Source: a bacterium
GTDB lineage: Bacteria > UBA8248
Direction: 5' to 3'
DNA: 64,000 nucleotides
Assembly (NCBI GenBank): GCA_965213685.1
Contig: CBDBZY010000003.1
Location: 1 to 64,000, forward strand
Below are positions 37,735 to 47,117 of this stretch, piece by piece. Positions within the stretch are counted from its first letter, which is position 1. Each line of letters starts with the position of its first letter. The notes beneath the pieces were generated by a model. The model had not been told where the DNA came from and did no database searches. It was given only the letters and a program-made list of their open reading frames with translations. The translations under genes and the position numbers were made by a program.

Positions 37735-40115
37735 AGAAAGGTATCTTGCCTACACTCCGAAGGGCGCTCTATCCTCTGTCGTTCCTGCCCTGGCTGGGGC
37801 TGCTCGGCTGGTTCTCCGCCGTCGCCTGGTTCCTCTGCGACGACGCCTTCATCAGCTTCCGCTACGCCCGCAACCTGCTGGAGGGCCACGGGCTGGTCTT
37901 CAACCCCGGCGAATACGTCGAGGGCTATAGCAACTTCCTGTGGGTGCTGGAGCTGGCCGCGATCTGGGGGCTGCTGGGGATTCCCCCGGAGCGGGCGGCG
38001 CCCTGGCTGTCCGTCGCCTGCACCGTCGGCACTCTCGTCGCACTGGGCGTGTGGTGCGCCCGGCTGCCTCGGCTGCGCCACCGGCGGCTGGTCGCCTGGA
38101 TGGCCTTCGGCCTGCTGTGCTCCAGCGCCACCTTCGCGGTGTGGACCTCGGGCGGCGGGCTGGAGACGCGGCAGTTCACTCTGTTCACCGTCTTGGCCGT
38201 GCTCTGCCTGAGCCTCCGGCGTTCGGAGCGCCGGGGTCTGGTGGCGGCCTCGCTGAGCCTGGCGCTGGCCGCCGGCACCCGGCCCGAGGGATTGATGACG
38301 GGGCTCCTATGCGTCGGCTGGTTCGCTCTTCAGTCGATGGCGGACGCCGGGCGTCCTCGCCCGGACTGGCGGCGGCTGGCGTGGTTGGCGGCGCCCTTCC
38401 TCGCGCTGGTGGCCGCCCACTACCTGTTCCGCTACGCCTACTACGGCGAGTGGCTGCCCAACACCTACTACGCCAAGCACGTGCGGCCCTGGTATGAGTC
38501 GGGCTTCCGCTACCTGTGGGCGGCGGCGCTGGAGACGGGGCTGTATCTCCTCCTGCCCCTGGTCGCCCTCGCCGCGCGCGAGCGTTGGCGTGCGCACCGG
38601 GACGGGGCGTTCGCGCTCCCGCTCCTCCTGGTCGGCGTCCACATGGCTTACGTGATGCGGGTCGGCGGCGACCATTTCGAATACCGGCCGCTGGATTTTT
38701 ACTGGCCGCTGCTGGCGCTTCCGGCGGCGGCGGGGATCGCGCATCTCGGCTCCCGCCTGGCCGCCGGCCGCTGGCGTCCCCGTCTTCCCGCGCTTGGCGC
38801 GATGGGCACACGGGCCTGCGCGGCGGCCGTCTTCGCGCCGGTTCTGTTCTACGCCGGCGCGATCCAGGGCGCGCTGCTGTTTGATGGGGCTGCGATACGC
38901 GAACGTATCTTTAAACTGCATATAGAATTGGATGATGAAAACGCCGGGTGGCTGCTCCACGCGCCCGGGATGCCGATGCTCGTCGCCATCTCCAACGACC
39001 TGCGACGCCTGGCTGCCAAACAGCTGGTCGCTTCGCCCTTCACGGAGCACCGCGAATTCGCCAGAGTGCGTTTGCGACGATGGAAGCCCTACGAGAAGAT
39101 GGAACGGGGAATCATTCCCGATGACGCTCTAGCGGTCTTTGGCGCGCTTGGCGTTCGGTCCTATTATCTTCCGGACCTCAGAGTCATCGACAGAAATGGC
39201 CTGACTGATGCAACCGTGGCCCGCAACCCGGCCACCCGCGCGAATCACAAACGGGTTATCGGCCATGATCGGCGACCGCCGCCGGGATACCTCGAAGAGC
39301 GGGGCGTCAACATCACCGTGCGTTTCGCGGCGCGCAATCCGACGAAGGCGCTCATGCGGGGGCGCTATGCCGTGCGGGTCGGCCCGAATCTCTGGATGCC
39401 GTTCAGCTCCCCGGACGAGGAGTGGGTTCTCGACCGCTTCGCCGGACGCAATCTGCAGGTGCGAGACAAGCGATACGCCCGCCTGTCCTGGGAGAAGGCG
39501 GCGCCGGACTTCGACTACCGGTCGGGGGACCTGGGGTTCGTGGTGGAGGTGAACCTATTCTCAAGCAACGCCAGGATACAGGCGTTCGCCAGGAGCTGCG
39601 CGCCGGACGAGCTGTTGGTATGGCCCTGGTTGAACAGGAGGAGGTACGCACCGGCAAGCCGCTGGACGATCAACGAGACGGGGCTGTGCCGGGCCACCGC
39701 CGTAACGTCTCGGAAGTGGATCAGGTCGGGCGTCGACGATCTGTCCCGGCTGGAGGAAGTCAAGCGGGTGAAGGCAGTCGCCATTCGCTCGGTGTTCAAC
39801 GTCTATCTGCTGGGCAGGCGCCTGATCTACTCCAGGCAGCCATGCCGTCCGGGCGACAACGCCGGGCGGTTCTTCCTGCACGTGTTTCCGGTCGATGCGC
39901 GCGACCTTCCCCGTGCGCGCCGGAAATACGGTTTCGACAATCTGGACTTCCGGATGGAGGCGCCCAAGAAGGCTGGAGGGCATTGCACGGCGGTGCGCAA
40001 GCTGCCGGACTATCCCATCGCCAAGATTCGTGCCGGCCAATACCTCAAAAGCGTGGGCCGGCTCTGGGAGGGAACTATCGCCGGTCCGGGCAGTAGCGGG
40101 AGGCCGCCGCCATGA
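37731..40115 (+). CDS. GT-C-like membrane glycosyltransferase 4 (AftB-like) with a soluble C-terminal domain
   Basis: CDDAFISFRYARNLLEGHGLVFNPGEYVEGYSNFLW, GGGLET, TRPEG, YYGEWLPNTYYAK, VGGDHFEYR, IDRNGLTD. Confidence 0.82.
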   Translation: MKKGILPTLRRALYPLSFLPWLGLLGWFSAVAWFLCDDAFISFRYARNLLEGHGLVFNPGEYVEGYSNFLWVLELAAIWGLLGIPPERAAPWLSVACTVGTLVALGVWCARLPRLRHRRLVAWMAFGLLCSSATFAVWTSGGGLETRQFTLFTVLAVLCLSLRRSERRGLVAASLSLALAAGTRPEGLMTGLLCVGWFALQSMADAGRPRPDWRRLAWLAAPFLALVAAHYLFRYAYYGEWLPNTYYAKHVRPWYESGFRYLWAAALETGLYLLLPLVALAARERWRAHRDGAFALPLLLVGVHMAYVMRVGGDHFEYRPLDFYWPLLALPAAAGIAHLGSRLAAGRWRPRLPALGAMGTRACAAAVFAPVLFYAGAIQGALLFDGAAIRERIFKLHIELDDENAGWLLHAPGMPMLVAISNDLRRLAAKQLVASPFTEHREFARVRLRRWKPYEKMERGIIPDDALAVFGALGVRSYYLPDLRVIDRNGLTDATVARNPATRANHKRVIGHDRRPPPGYLEERGVNITVRFAARNPTKALMRGRYAVRVGPNLWMPFSSPDEEWVLDRFAGRNLQVRDKRYARLSWEKAAPDFDYRSGDLGFVVEVNLFSSNARIQAFARSCAPDELLVWPWLNRRRYAPASRWTINETGLCRATAVTSRKWIRSGVDDLSRLEEVKRVKAVAIRSVFNVYLLGRRLIYSRQPCRPGDNAGRFFLHVFPVDARDLPRARRKYGFDNLDFRMEAPKKAGGHCTAVRKLPDYPIAKIRAGQYLKSVGRLWEGTIAGPGSSGRPPP

Positions 40116-40855
40116 ACGACGGGCGGGCGGCGGCGCTGGTGCTCGGCGCCACGTCGGACATCGGCCGCGCCATCGCGCGCGCGCTGGCGCGCGGCGGCTA
40201 CGCGATGCAGCTCGCGGGGCGCGACCTGGCGCGGCTCGAGCGGGAAGCGCGGGACATCCGGGTGCGCACCGGCGCCGTCGTGACCTCCCATTGCGCCGAC
40301 GCGCTCCGGGACGATGGCGGCGTCTCGATGCTCGATGCGCTCGACCCCCTGCCCGAGGTGGCGGTCTGCGTCGTCGGGCTGCTTGGCGACCAGGCGGAGA
40401 GCCAGGAGAACGGCGCCGCCGCCGAGCGGGTGATGCGAACCAACTACGTCGGCCCCGCGCTGCTGGTGGGCGCCCTTGCCGAGCGGTTCGAGCGGCGCGG
40501 CAGCGGCGTCCTGGTCGGCGTCAGTTCGGTGGCGGGCGAGCGCGGGCGCGCCGCGAACTACGTGTATGGCTCCGCCAAGGCGGGGTTCACGGCGTTCCTG
40601 TCCGGGCTGCGCAACCGGCTGTCCGCATCCGGCGTTCACGTGGTGACGGTCAAGCCGGGCTTCGTGCGCACCCGCATGACGGACGGGATGGCGCTGCCGG
40701 CGCGGCTGACCGCCACGCCCGAAGAAGTGGCCGCGGCAGTCGTTCGGGCGATCCGCCGCCGCCGCGACGTGGTGTACGTGCGCCGCGTCTGGGGGCCGAT
40801 CATGCGCATCATGCGCGCCATCCCCGAGCCGGTCTTCAAGCGGCTGAGGCTGTAG
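40112..40855 (+). CDS. DprE2-like short-chain dehydrogenase (2-keto-pentose reductase)
   Basis: LGATSDIG, SSVAGERGRAANYVYGSAKAG, SGLRNRL, VKPGFVRTRMT; clustered with dprE1 and ubiA. Confidence 0.9.
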   Translation: MNDGRAAALVLGATSDIGRAIARALARGGYAMQLAGRDLARLEREARDIRVRTGAVVTSHCADALRDDGGVSMLDALDPLPEVAVCVVGLLGDQAESQENGAAAERVMRTNYVGPALLVGALAERFERRGSGVLVGVSSVAGERGRAANYVYGSAKAGFTAFLSGLRNRLSASGVHVVTVKPGFVRTRMTDGMALPARLTATPEEVAAAVVRAIRRRRDVVYVRRVWGPIMRIMRAIPEPVFKRLRL

Positions 40856-41035
40856 CGCGGAGCCCCCCCCTCTCGCCGTCTCAGAAGGCGCCGAGCCGGT
40901 CCGGAACGTTTGTTGTTCTGGTTTTTCCGCGCCGGAAGGTGGCGTCGGTACCGGCTGGTGCTCGCCTCGTCCGGAAGGAGCCGACGCAACGCTGCGGCGG
41001 CAATGGCGGACTGCTCGATTAAGCGTACGTTCCTC

Positions 41036-41881
41036 TCACGGGGCGGCGACGGCGTTTCGGAGCACCCCGACGTTCTCGATCTCGCATTCGACCACGTCGC
41101 CCGGCCCGAGGAGCCCCGGCGGCTCCATGGCGAAGCCCACGCCCTCCGGAGTGCCGGTGGCGATCAGGTCGCCGGGCAGGAGGGTGAAGCCCTCGGAGAG
41201 CGTCGAGACGATGGTGGCGACGTCAAAGATCATGTCGTTCGTGTTCGAGTGCTGGCGCGTCTCGCCGTTCACCCGGCTCATCACGGCCAGGTTGTTCCCG
41301 TCGCCCGTCTCGTCCTTCGTGACGATCCACGGGCCCAGGGGGCCAAAGGTGTCGAGCGCCTTGCCCTTGAACCACTGGCCGTGGGCGCGCTGCACGTCCC
41401 GCGCCGAAACCTCGTTCATGATGGTGTAGCCATAGACGTAATCCATCGCCCTGTCCTCGGGAATGTGGATCCCCTCCTTGCCGATGACGATGACGAGTTC
41501 GCATTCATAGTCGAGCTCCGTCACGCCCTGGTGTTGGACGATCTCCCCGTCCGGCCCGTTGTGCGAACCCGGCCACTTGCAGAAGAACACCGGAATCTTG
41601 GGATAGACGCCCACCTTTCTTCCGCCGTGCTTGCGCGCCCCCTCGTCGGCGTGTTTCTTGTAGTTGAGGCCCACGGCGATGACGGGCCGCGCGAGCTCCG
41701 CTATCGGCGCGAGCAGCCGCACGGATTCGAGCGGTATCGGCCGGCCGTTCGTCTCGGGCGTCCCGCCCCGGGCGATGACGCTCGCCGCGTCGCCGGTTTC
41801 GGGCGTCACGTCCTCCACGCCGCCCGCCGTCAGAATGGCGACGCGGGGGCCTGTGTCCGATGCATACGTCAGCAGTTTCAT
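41036..41881 (-). CDS. Fumarylacetoacetate hydrolase-family protein
   Basis: AVGLNYKKH, LDYECEL, NEVSARDVQ, WFKGK.LDTFGPLGP, PGDLIATGTPEGVG. Confidence 0.93.
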   Translation of the reverse strand: MKLLTYASDTGPRVAILTAGGVEDVTPETGDAASVIARGGTPETNGRPIPLESVRLLAPIAELARPVIAVGLNYKKHADEGARKHGGRKVGVYPKIPVFFCKWPGSHNGPDGEIVQHQGVTELDYECELVIVIGKEGIHIPEDRAMDYVYGYTIMNEVSARDVQRAHGQWFKGKALDTFGPLGPWIVTKDETGDGNNLAVMSRVNGETRQHSNTNDMIFDVATIVSTLSEGFTLLPGDLIATGTPEGVGFAMEPPGLLGPGDVVECEIENVGVLRNAVAAP

Positions 41882-41955
41882 GTTCTCTCCCCGGTTTGTG
41901 CGAGACGCTGAGAAGATATAGGGCTTTTGACGCTTCGCGGTCTGGATGGCGGCGC

Positions 41956-42741
41956 TCAGCCCGCGCACTCCCGAATCATCCGCGCCCGCGCCCGGGCGCC
42001 GTCGTTCATGAAGGTGAGGTCGCTGCCCGCGAGGATGAAGCGCATTCCCTCCCGGATTCTGCGCGCTATCATCTCCGGCTGGTAGGACCCGCCCATGCCG
42101 GCGATTTTGCCGTGCTTCCCGCAGGCGGCGATCACCTGCGCATACACCTTGTTGACCCGGGGATGATCGTGCTGGCCGACGACCCCCATCCCCGTGCTCA
42201 GGTCGTTCGTGCCGATCAGCAAAACGTCAATCCCCTCCACGGCGGCGATGGCGTCCGCCGCATCCCCCGCCTCGGGCGTCTCGATCATGGCGACCAGGAG
42301 GGTTTCCGCGTTGATGCCGGCGAGCAACTCGGCGGCGCCCATCGCCTCGAAGCCCCCGTGGGCCAGCCCGCCGCCCGCGCTGCGCCCGCCCTCGGGCGGA
42401 AATTTGCAGATGTGCGCGAACTCCCTCGCTTCCTCCGCGCTGTTCACGTGCGGGAGGACGACCCCCTGCGCGCCGCTGTCCAGGACGCGCGTGCTCAGGT
42501 CGGCGTCGAGCGACGCCACGCGCACCAGCGGCGTGATCCCCTGGCTGAGGGCGGCGATGGATATCTGCTGCGCCGTCTCGAGGCCGAAGGGCCCGTGTTC
42601 GAGGTCGATGAAGAGCCAGTCGAATCCGGCCGCCCGCATCGCGAGGCCGACCTCCACCGTGCGCGCCATGCGCACGCCCACGCCCAGGGTGACCTCTCCC
42701 GCGCGGGATTTTCGCTTCGTCTCGTTCGTGATGATGCCCAA
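41956..42741 (-). CDS. HpcH/HpaI aldolase-family protein
   Basis: GFDWLFIDLEHG, VLDSGAQG, FPPEGGRS, MIET, GIDVLLIGTNDL; TTG start inferred from GGAGG. Confidence 0.9.
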   Translation of the reverse strand: MGIITNETKRKSRAGEVTLGVGVRMARTVEVGLAMRAAGFDWLFIDLEHGPFGLETAQQISIAALSQGITPLVRVASLDADLSTRVLDSGAQGVVLPHVNSAEEAREFAHICKFPPEGGRSAGGGLAHGGFEAMGAAELLAGINAETLLVAMIETPEAGDAADAIAAVEGIDVLLIGTNDLSTGMGVVGQHDHPRVNKVYAQVIAACGKHGKIAGMGGSYQPEMIARRIREGMRFILAGSDLTFMNDGARARARMIRECAG

Positions 42742-42946
42742 GGGGGTGCCCTCCATCATGCGGCGGGAAACGGCCCGCGCGGTGAAGCGGGCGACGCGGT
42801 CTCTCTCGTGCCCCATTGAGATACTCCACTTGGGCCGCCCCCGCAAGGGCCGCGCGCCTCGCTCCGCGCCGGCGGGGGTGGCGAAACCGGCGACTCCCGG
42901 TGTATGTTGTCCCGTCCATCAGTGTGCTCGGGAGGGGTTTCCGCCA

Positions 42947-43489
42947 ATGATTCGCTCCATCCGCCTGCAGCACATGGGCATCAAGGTGCGCGACCTGGAT
43001 CGCGCCATCCGCTTCTATTCCGAGGTGCTGGGCTTCCGCCTCCGCTCGCGCCACGAGGCGGGCAGCCACCCGGCGGCCCCGTTCGGCTCCGCGTTCATGT
43101 ATCTGGACGACTATCACCACCAGCTGGCGATATTCAGCGTGCCCGCCGACTGGGTGGAAGCGGAGGGGGAGGACACCGTCCCCCGGCACGACGTGGGCCT
43201 GCACCACCTGGCGTTCGAGGTCGCCGACCAGCGGGCGTTCGACGACGCGGTGGCCTTTCTGCGCGCGCGGGCGGACGCCAGAATCGTCTGGGGGCCGTTG
43301 CGCCTCGATGAGAGCAACGGCCTGTGGGGCGGGCACGAGGGGGTGTACTTTCTCGACCCGGACGGCAACCGCATCGAGGTGTTTCATGGCTCGGACATGT
43401 ATCCGGGCAGCCGTCCCGCGTGGAGGGAGGCGCAGGGGGGGCGCTGCGCGCGGACGGCTGAAGCCGACGCCGCTGAACATTCCACGTGA
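42947..43489 (+). CDS. VOC (glyoxalase/extradiol dioxygenase) family protein
   Basis: QHMGIKVRDLDRAIRFY, HHQLA, GLHHLAFEV, YFLDPDGNRIE. Confidence 0.9.
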   Translation: MIRSIRLQHMGIKVRDLDRAIRFYSEVLGFRLRSRHEAGSHPAAPFGSAFMYLDDYHHQLAIFSVPADWVEAEGEDTVPRHDVGLHHLAFEVADQRAFDDAVAFLRARADARIVWGPLRLDESNGLWGGHEGVYFLDPDGNRIEVFHGSDMYPGSRPAWREAQGGRCARTAEADAAEHST

Positions 43490-43620
43490 CGCAGGGGGAG
43501 GAACGCCCCGCAGGCGGTCGGATGGGGAGCCTTCGCCTTCCGCCGCCCCCTCATCTGTATTAGAATCGCCGGAATTTCATACGGCGTACCGCCGGACCTG
43601 TTGGGAGGGGAGGTCTCCGC

Positions 43621-44739
43621 ATGGCAATGAATCCTGAGCGTCCGGCGCCTCGCTTCGACTGGTTCATCCCGATCGATGGCGACGGCGCGCACATCGGCAC
43701 GGCCCGGGCCGAGCGCCCGCCCACGTATGCATATCTCGCCCGCGTCGTGGAGGCGGCGGAGGAGAACGGTTTCTACTCCATGCTGATTCCCACGCGCTTT
43801 GCGAACGGGCTTTTCGACCAGGGGGCGCCCCTGGCCGAGACTTGGACGATGGTGAGCGCACTGGCCGCGCGCAGCCGGCGCGTCCGTTTTCTGGTCGCCG
43901 TGCGCCCGGGATTCGTGAACGCGGGCCTTTTCGCCCAGATGGCGGCGACGCTCAGCCAGATAACGGGCGGGCGCGTGGACCTGAACATCGTGCCCGGCGG
44001 CATCAAGGGCGAGTTCGAGAAGATGGGCGAGCGCATCGACCATGACACGCGCTATGAGCGGGCGGAGGAGTTCATCGCCGCGATCCGCAAGCTCTGGGAG
44101 AAGCCCGAGCCGATCCGCTTCGAGGGCAGGTTCGTGAAGCTCGACGGCGTGCACTGCTCCCCCGGCCCGGCGGGAGAGACGCCCAGGTTCTATCTCGGGG
44201 GAGCCTCCCCCGCCGCCCTGCGGCTCGCGGGCGCGCAGTCCGACGTCTACCTGGGCTGGATAGGCCCGGTCGAGGAGACCCGAAAGCACCTGGAGCGGGC
44301 GCGGGCCTCTTTTGCGGCGGCGCGCCGCGCGCCGGCCTTCGGGGTGCGCTCGCATTTGGTGATGAGGGACACGGAGGCCGAGGCCTGGGAGGAGACGGAG
44401 GAGTTGCTCAGCCGGGCGGCGGATTCCGTGAAGGCCCAGCGCGGCGCCCTCCTCGCCGGCACGCACATGGTGGGCGCCGCCGCCCAGGCGCGCGCGTTTG
44501 AGGACTTCCGGGTCGCCCCCCGCCTGTGGAACGGCATCTCCCAGGTGCGGGTGAACTGCGGCTCCGCCCTGGTCGGAACGCCCGAGCAAATCGCCGAGGA
44601 ACTCCTGGCCTACTGGCGCCTGGGGATCGACGAGTTCATTCTCTCCGGCTATCCCCACGTGGAGGAATGCCACCGCGCCGCGCGCGACCTCATCCCCCGC
44701 GTCCGGGAGCTGATAGCCGGCGAGCGGGGGACGGCGTAG
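43621..44739 (+). CDS. LLM-class flavin-dependent monooxygenase (SsuD-like)
   Basis: FDWFIPIDGDG, AEENGF..LIPT, FLVAVRPG, YLGGASPAA, ALVGTPEQIA, FILSGYPHVEE. Confidence 0.88.
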   Translation: MAMNPERPAPRFDWFIPIDGDGAHIGTARAERPPTYAYLARVVEAAEENGFYSMLIPTRFANGLFDQGAPLAETWTMVSALAARSRRVRFLVAVRPGFVNAGLFAQMAATLSQITGGRVDLNIVPGGIKGEFEKMGERIDHDTRYERAEEFIAAIRKLWEKPEPIRFEGRFVKLDGVHCSPGPAGETPRFYLGGASPAALRLAGAQSDVYLGWIGPVEETRKHLERARASFAAARRAPAFGVRSHLVMRDTEAEAWEETEELLSRAADSVKAQRGALLAGTHMVGAAAQARAFEDFRVAPRLWNGISQVRVNCGSALVGTPEQIAEELLAYWRLGIDEFILSGYPHVEECHRAARDLIPRVRELIAGERGTA

Positions 44740-44854
44740 GGCCGCGCGATTCGGGTTGCGGAGAGAGCGCGGGGCGGGAGTTTGTTGGGGGTGATGTTGC
44801 GGGAATCGGCGTTTCATTTTCTGGCGTTCCGTCTGGTGTCCCAAAGGAGAGGAT

Positions 44855-45838
44855 ATGCGCGCTGTCTGGTATGAGGAGTATGGTCCGGCGAAAGAGGTGC
44901 TGAGGCTGGGCGAGCTCGAGGCCCCGGAACCCGCCGCCGGCGAGGTGCGGGTGCGCGTGCGCGCCTCGGGCGCCAACCCCTCGGACTACAAGGCGCGCCT
45001 GGGGTCTCGCGGCGAGATGCGCTGGCCGAGAATCATCCCCCACTCCGATGGCGCGGGCGTCATCGAGAGCGTGGGGGCGGGGGTGGACGCCGCGCGCCTG
45101 GGCGAGCGCGTCTGGGTGTTCAACGGCCAATGGGAGAGGCCGTACGGCACGGCGGCCGAGTTCATCGTCTTGCCGGAGCGCCAGGCGGTTCCCCTGGCGG
45201 ATTCGGTGGATTTCGCCCAGGGGGCGTGCCTGGCGATTCCGGCGATGACCGCCCACCGGGCGCTGTTCCTGGATGGGCCGATCGCGGGCCAGACCGCCCT
45301 CGTCACCGGCGGGGCCGGCGCCGTGGGCCGCTATGGCGTTCAGCTCGCCAAGTGGGGGGGCGCTGCGGTCATCGCCACGGTGAGCGGCGAGGAGAAAGCG
45401 CGAATCGCGCGCGAGGCGGGCGCGGATCACGTCGTGAACTACAGGGAGGAGGATGCGGCGGAGCGCATCATGGCGCTCACCGGCGGGGAGGGGGTGGACC
45501 GCATCTGCGAGGTGGACTTCGGAGAAAATCTGGAGGTGACCCGCCGGGTGTTGAAAGAAAACGGAACCGTCGCGGCCTACGGCTCCACGCGCGCCCCCGA
45601 GCCGGTGTTGCCCTGGTACCGGATGATGGGTAACAACACGGCCATCCGCATGGTGTTCGTCTACGCGATGCCGGATTCCGCCATCTCCCAGGCCTGCCGC
45701 GACATCAACGCCGCGTGCGAGGCGGGCGCGCTCACCCACCACATCGGCGCGCGTTTCCCCCTGGAGGATGCCGCCGCCGCCCATGAGGTCATGGAGAATT
45801 TTGCGAACGTCGGGAACGTGGTGGTGGAAATCGGATGA
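44855..45838 (+). CDS. NADPH:quinone reductase (zeta-crystallin-like MDR)
   Basis: SGANPSDYK, IPHSDGAG, GTAAE, TGGAGAVG. Confidence 0.92.
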   Translation: MRAVWYEEYGPAKEVLRLGELEAPEPAAGEVRVRVRASGANPSDYKARLGSRGEMRWPRIIPHSDGAGVIESVGAGVDAARLGERVWVFNGQWERPYGTAAEFIVLPERQAVPLADSVDFAQGACLAIPAMTAHRALFLDGPIAGQTALVTGGAGAVGRYGVQLAKWGGAAVIATVSGEEKARIAREAGADHVVNYREEDAAERIMALTGGEGVDRICEVDFGENLEVTRRVLKENGTVAAYGSTRAPEPVLPWYRMMGNNTAIRMVFVYAMPDSAISQACRDINAACEAGALTHHIGARFPLEDAAAAHEVMENFANVGNVVVEIG

Positions 45839-45873
45839 GGGCGGCGCACTCCCCGTTTCGGGGCGGGATTTTC

Positions 45874-45902
45874 TTGAAAGACGGCGCGCGGGAGTTTATA
45901 TT
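45874..45902 (+). promoter_or_regulatory. Sigma70-type promoter TTGAAA-N17-TATATT
   Basis: Near-consensus hexamers with a 17-nt spacer in an AT-rich intergenic patch. Confidence 0.55.
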
Positions 45903-46079
45903 CATATTAGATAGCGCAAGGGAATCGGGGGGAGTGGATGGAATGCGGGGGGAGACGAGTCTCCCTCCCTGGAGCGATGCGCCGGCCCCGCAGGGGACGG
46001 CAAGGAATGGTCGGCGCGAGGCAGTTGGGGCGGGCCCCGCCCGGCGAGTGGCGCGCGAGCGGGAAACGGGGAATCACCC

Positions 46080-46114
46080 CGGAAGGCGGGGCGGCCCCGT
46101 CGCCTCCGTTTTTT
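46080..46114 (+). terminator. Possible intrinsic terminator/attenuator upstream of the USP gene
   Basis: Imperfect GC hairpin CGGAAGGCG...CGCCTCCG followed by T6. Confidence 0.4.
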
Positions 46115-46168
46115 ATCGGGGATGCAGGTCGGACATCCCACATTTCTGAATACCTGGAGGAAGGTGTC

Positions 46169-46690
46169 ATGCGAATATACGATCCGAAAAGGATATTGGC
46201 TCCCGTCGATTTCTCGGACGTCAGCAAGGGGGTCTTGAAAGTCGCGTCGGAGATCGGCGAGAACCGGAATGCGGAGGTGACGACCATCCACGTGGCCAGA
46301 AACCCCGACTACGCGGCCAAGTACGGAGGCTTCGGCGCCGAGCTCGTGGGCACGATCTCCCCGAGCCGCCTGCTCGAGGATACGCGCGTCGAGCTGCAAA
46401 GCAATCTGGAAATCCTGGCGAAGGAGATCGGCTCCGCCGTGCCCATAGAATCCGTGGTCGTTTTCGGCGATCCGGTCCGGGAGATTCTGAGCTTCACCGA
46501 GGCGGGCGATTTCGACCTCCTCGTCATGGGAACGCACGGCCACAACATGATAAGCCGCTTCCTGATCGGGAGCGTCTCCGAGCAGGTCATCCGCCGCGCC
46601 CCCTGCCCGGTGTTCCTGCTGCGGGACAAGGTGGCCTCCCAGAAGATGGCGGAGATGGAGCGGAGCGAGAGCGAGGAGGAGGGGGGCTGA
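46169..46690 (+). CDS. Universal stress protein
   Basis: RILAPVDFS, GDPVREI, DLLVMGTHG, IGSVSEQVIRRAPCPVF. Confidence 0.93.
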   Translation: MRIYDPKRILAPVDFSDVSKGVLKVASEIGENRNAEVTTIHVARNPDYAAKYGGFGAELVGTISPSRLLEDTRVELQSNLEILAKEIGSAVPIESVVVFGDPVREILSFTEAGDFDLLVMGTHGHNMISRFLIGSVSEQVIRRAPCPVFLLRDKVASQKMAEMERSESEEEGG

Positions 46691-46843
46691 GGCGGGCGCC
46701 GGGCTGTGCCGGGTCGTTCCCGCGCGCGCGAGTATAAGCGCGAGATAAGATAGAGGCGGACAGATAGAGGCGGAGGCTGAAATAGCCCCGCCACTCCATC
46801 CGACGCCCGGCAGCAAATACTCCAAACCACGTGGGAGAGGAGG

Positions 46844-46873
46844 AACGCCTGGCCTGCCGGTCAGGCGTTTTTT
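46844..46873 (+). terminator. Rho-independent terminator
   Basis: AACGCCTGGCC-tgcc-GGTCAGGCGTT stem-loop ending in a T-run. Confidence 0.7.
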
Positions 46874-46920
46874 CGGGATGAGCGGACGGTGCGGCGCTCG
46901 GGGACTTCAGCTCGTCCTGG

Positions 46921-46948
46921 TTGACAAAAATTTTCGCTTGGCTACAAT
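46921..46948 (+). promoter_or_regulatory. Sigma70-type promoter TTGACA-N16-TACAAT for the ABC operon
   Basis: Consensus -35 and near-consensus -10, about 170 bp upstream of the SBP start. Confidence 0.65.
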
Positions 46949-47117
46949 GCGTTTCACTCTATATGTATCATGAAGATCAGACGCGCGAGTTGAACGGGGC
47001 GAGGCCTCGAAATTCTGCGTTATCGGGATGGACGATGAATCGTCGATTGAATCGATGGCGCGGCTTTTCTTCTCGTCCCACCATGGAATCCACAGGAACG
47101 GAGGGAGGAACACCCTG

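Noticed and set aside
47041-47057. Imperfect palindrome CGTCGATT-G-AATCGATG upstream of the SBP gene as an operator
   Set aside because: Single occurrence with no cognate regulator in the window; too weak to call.
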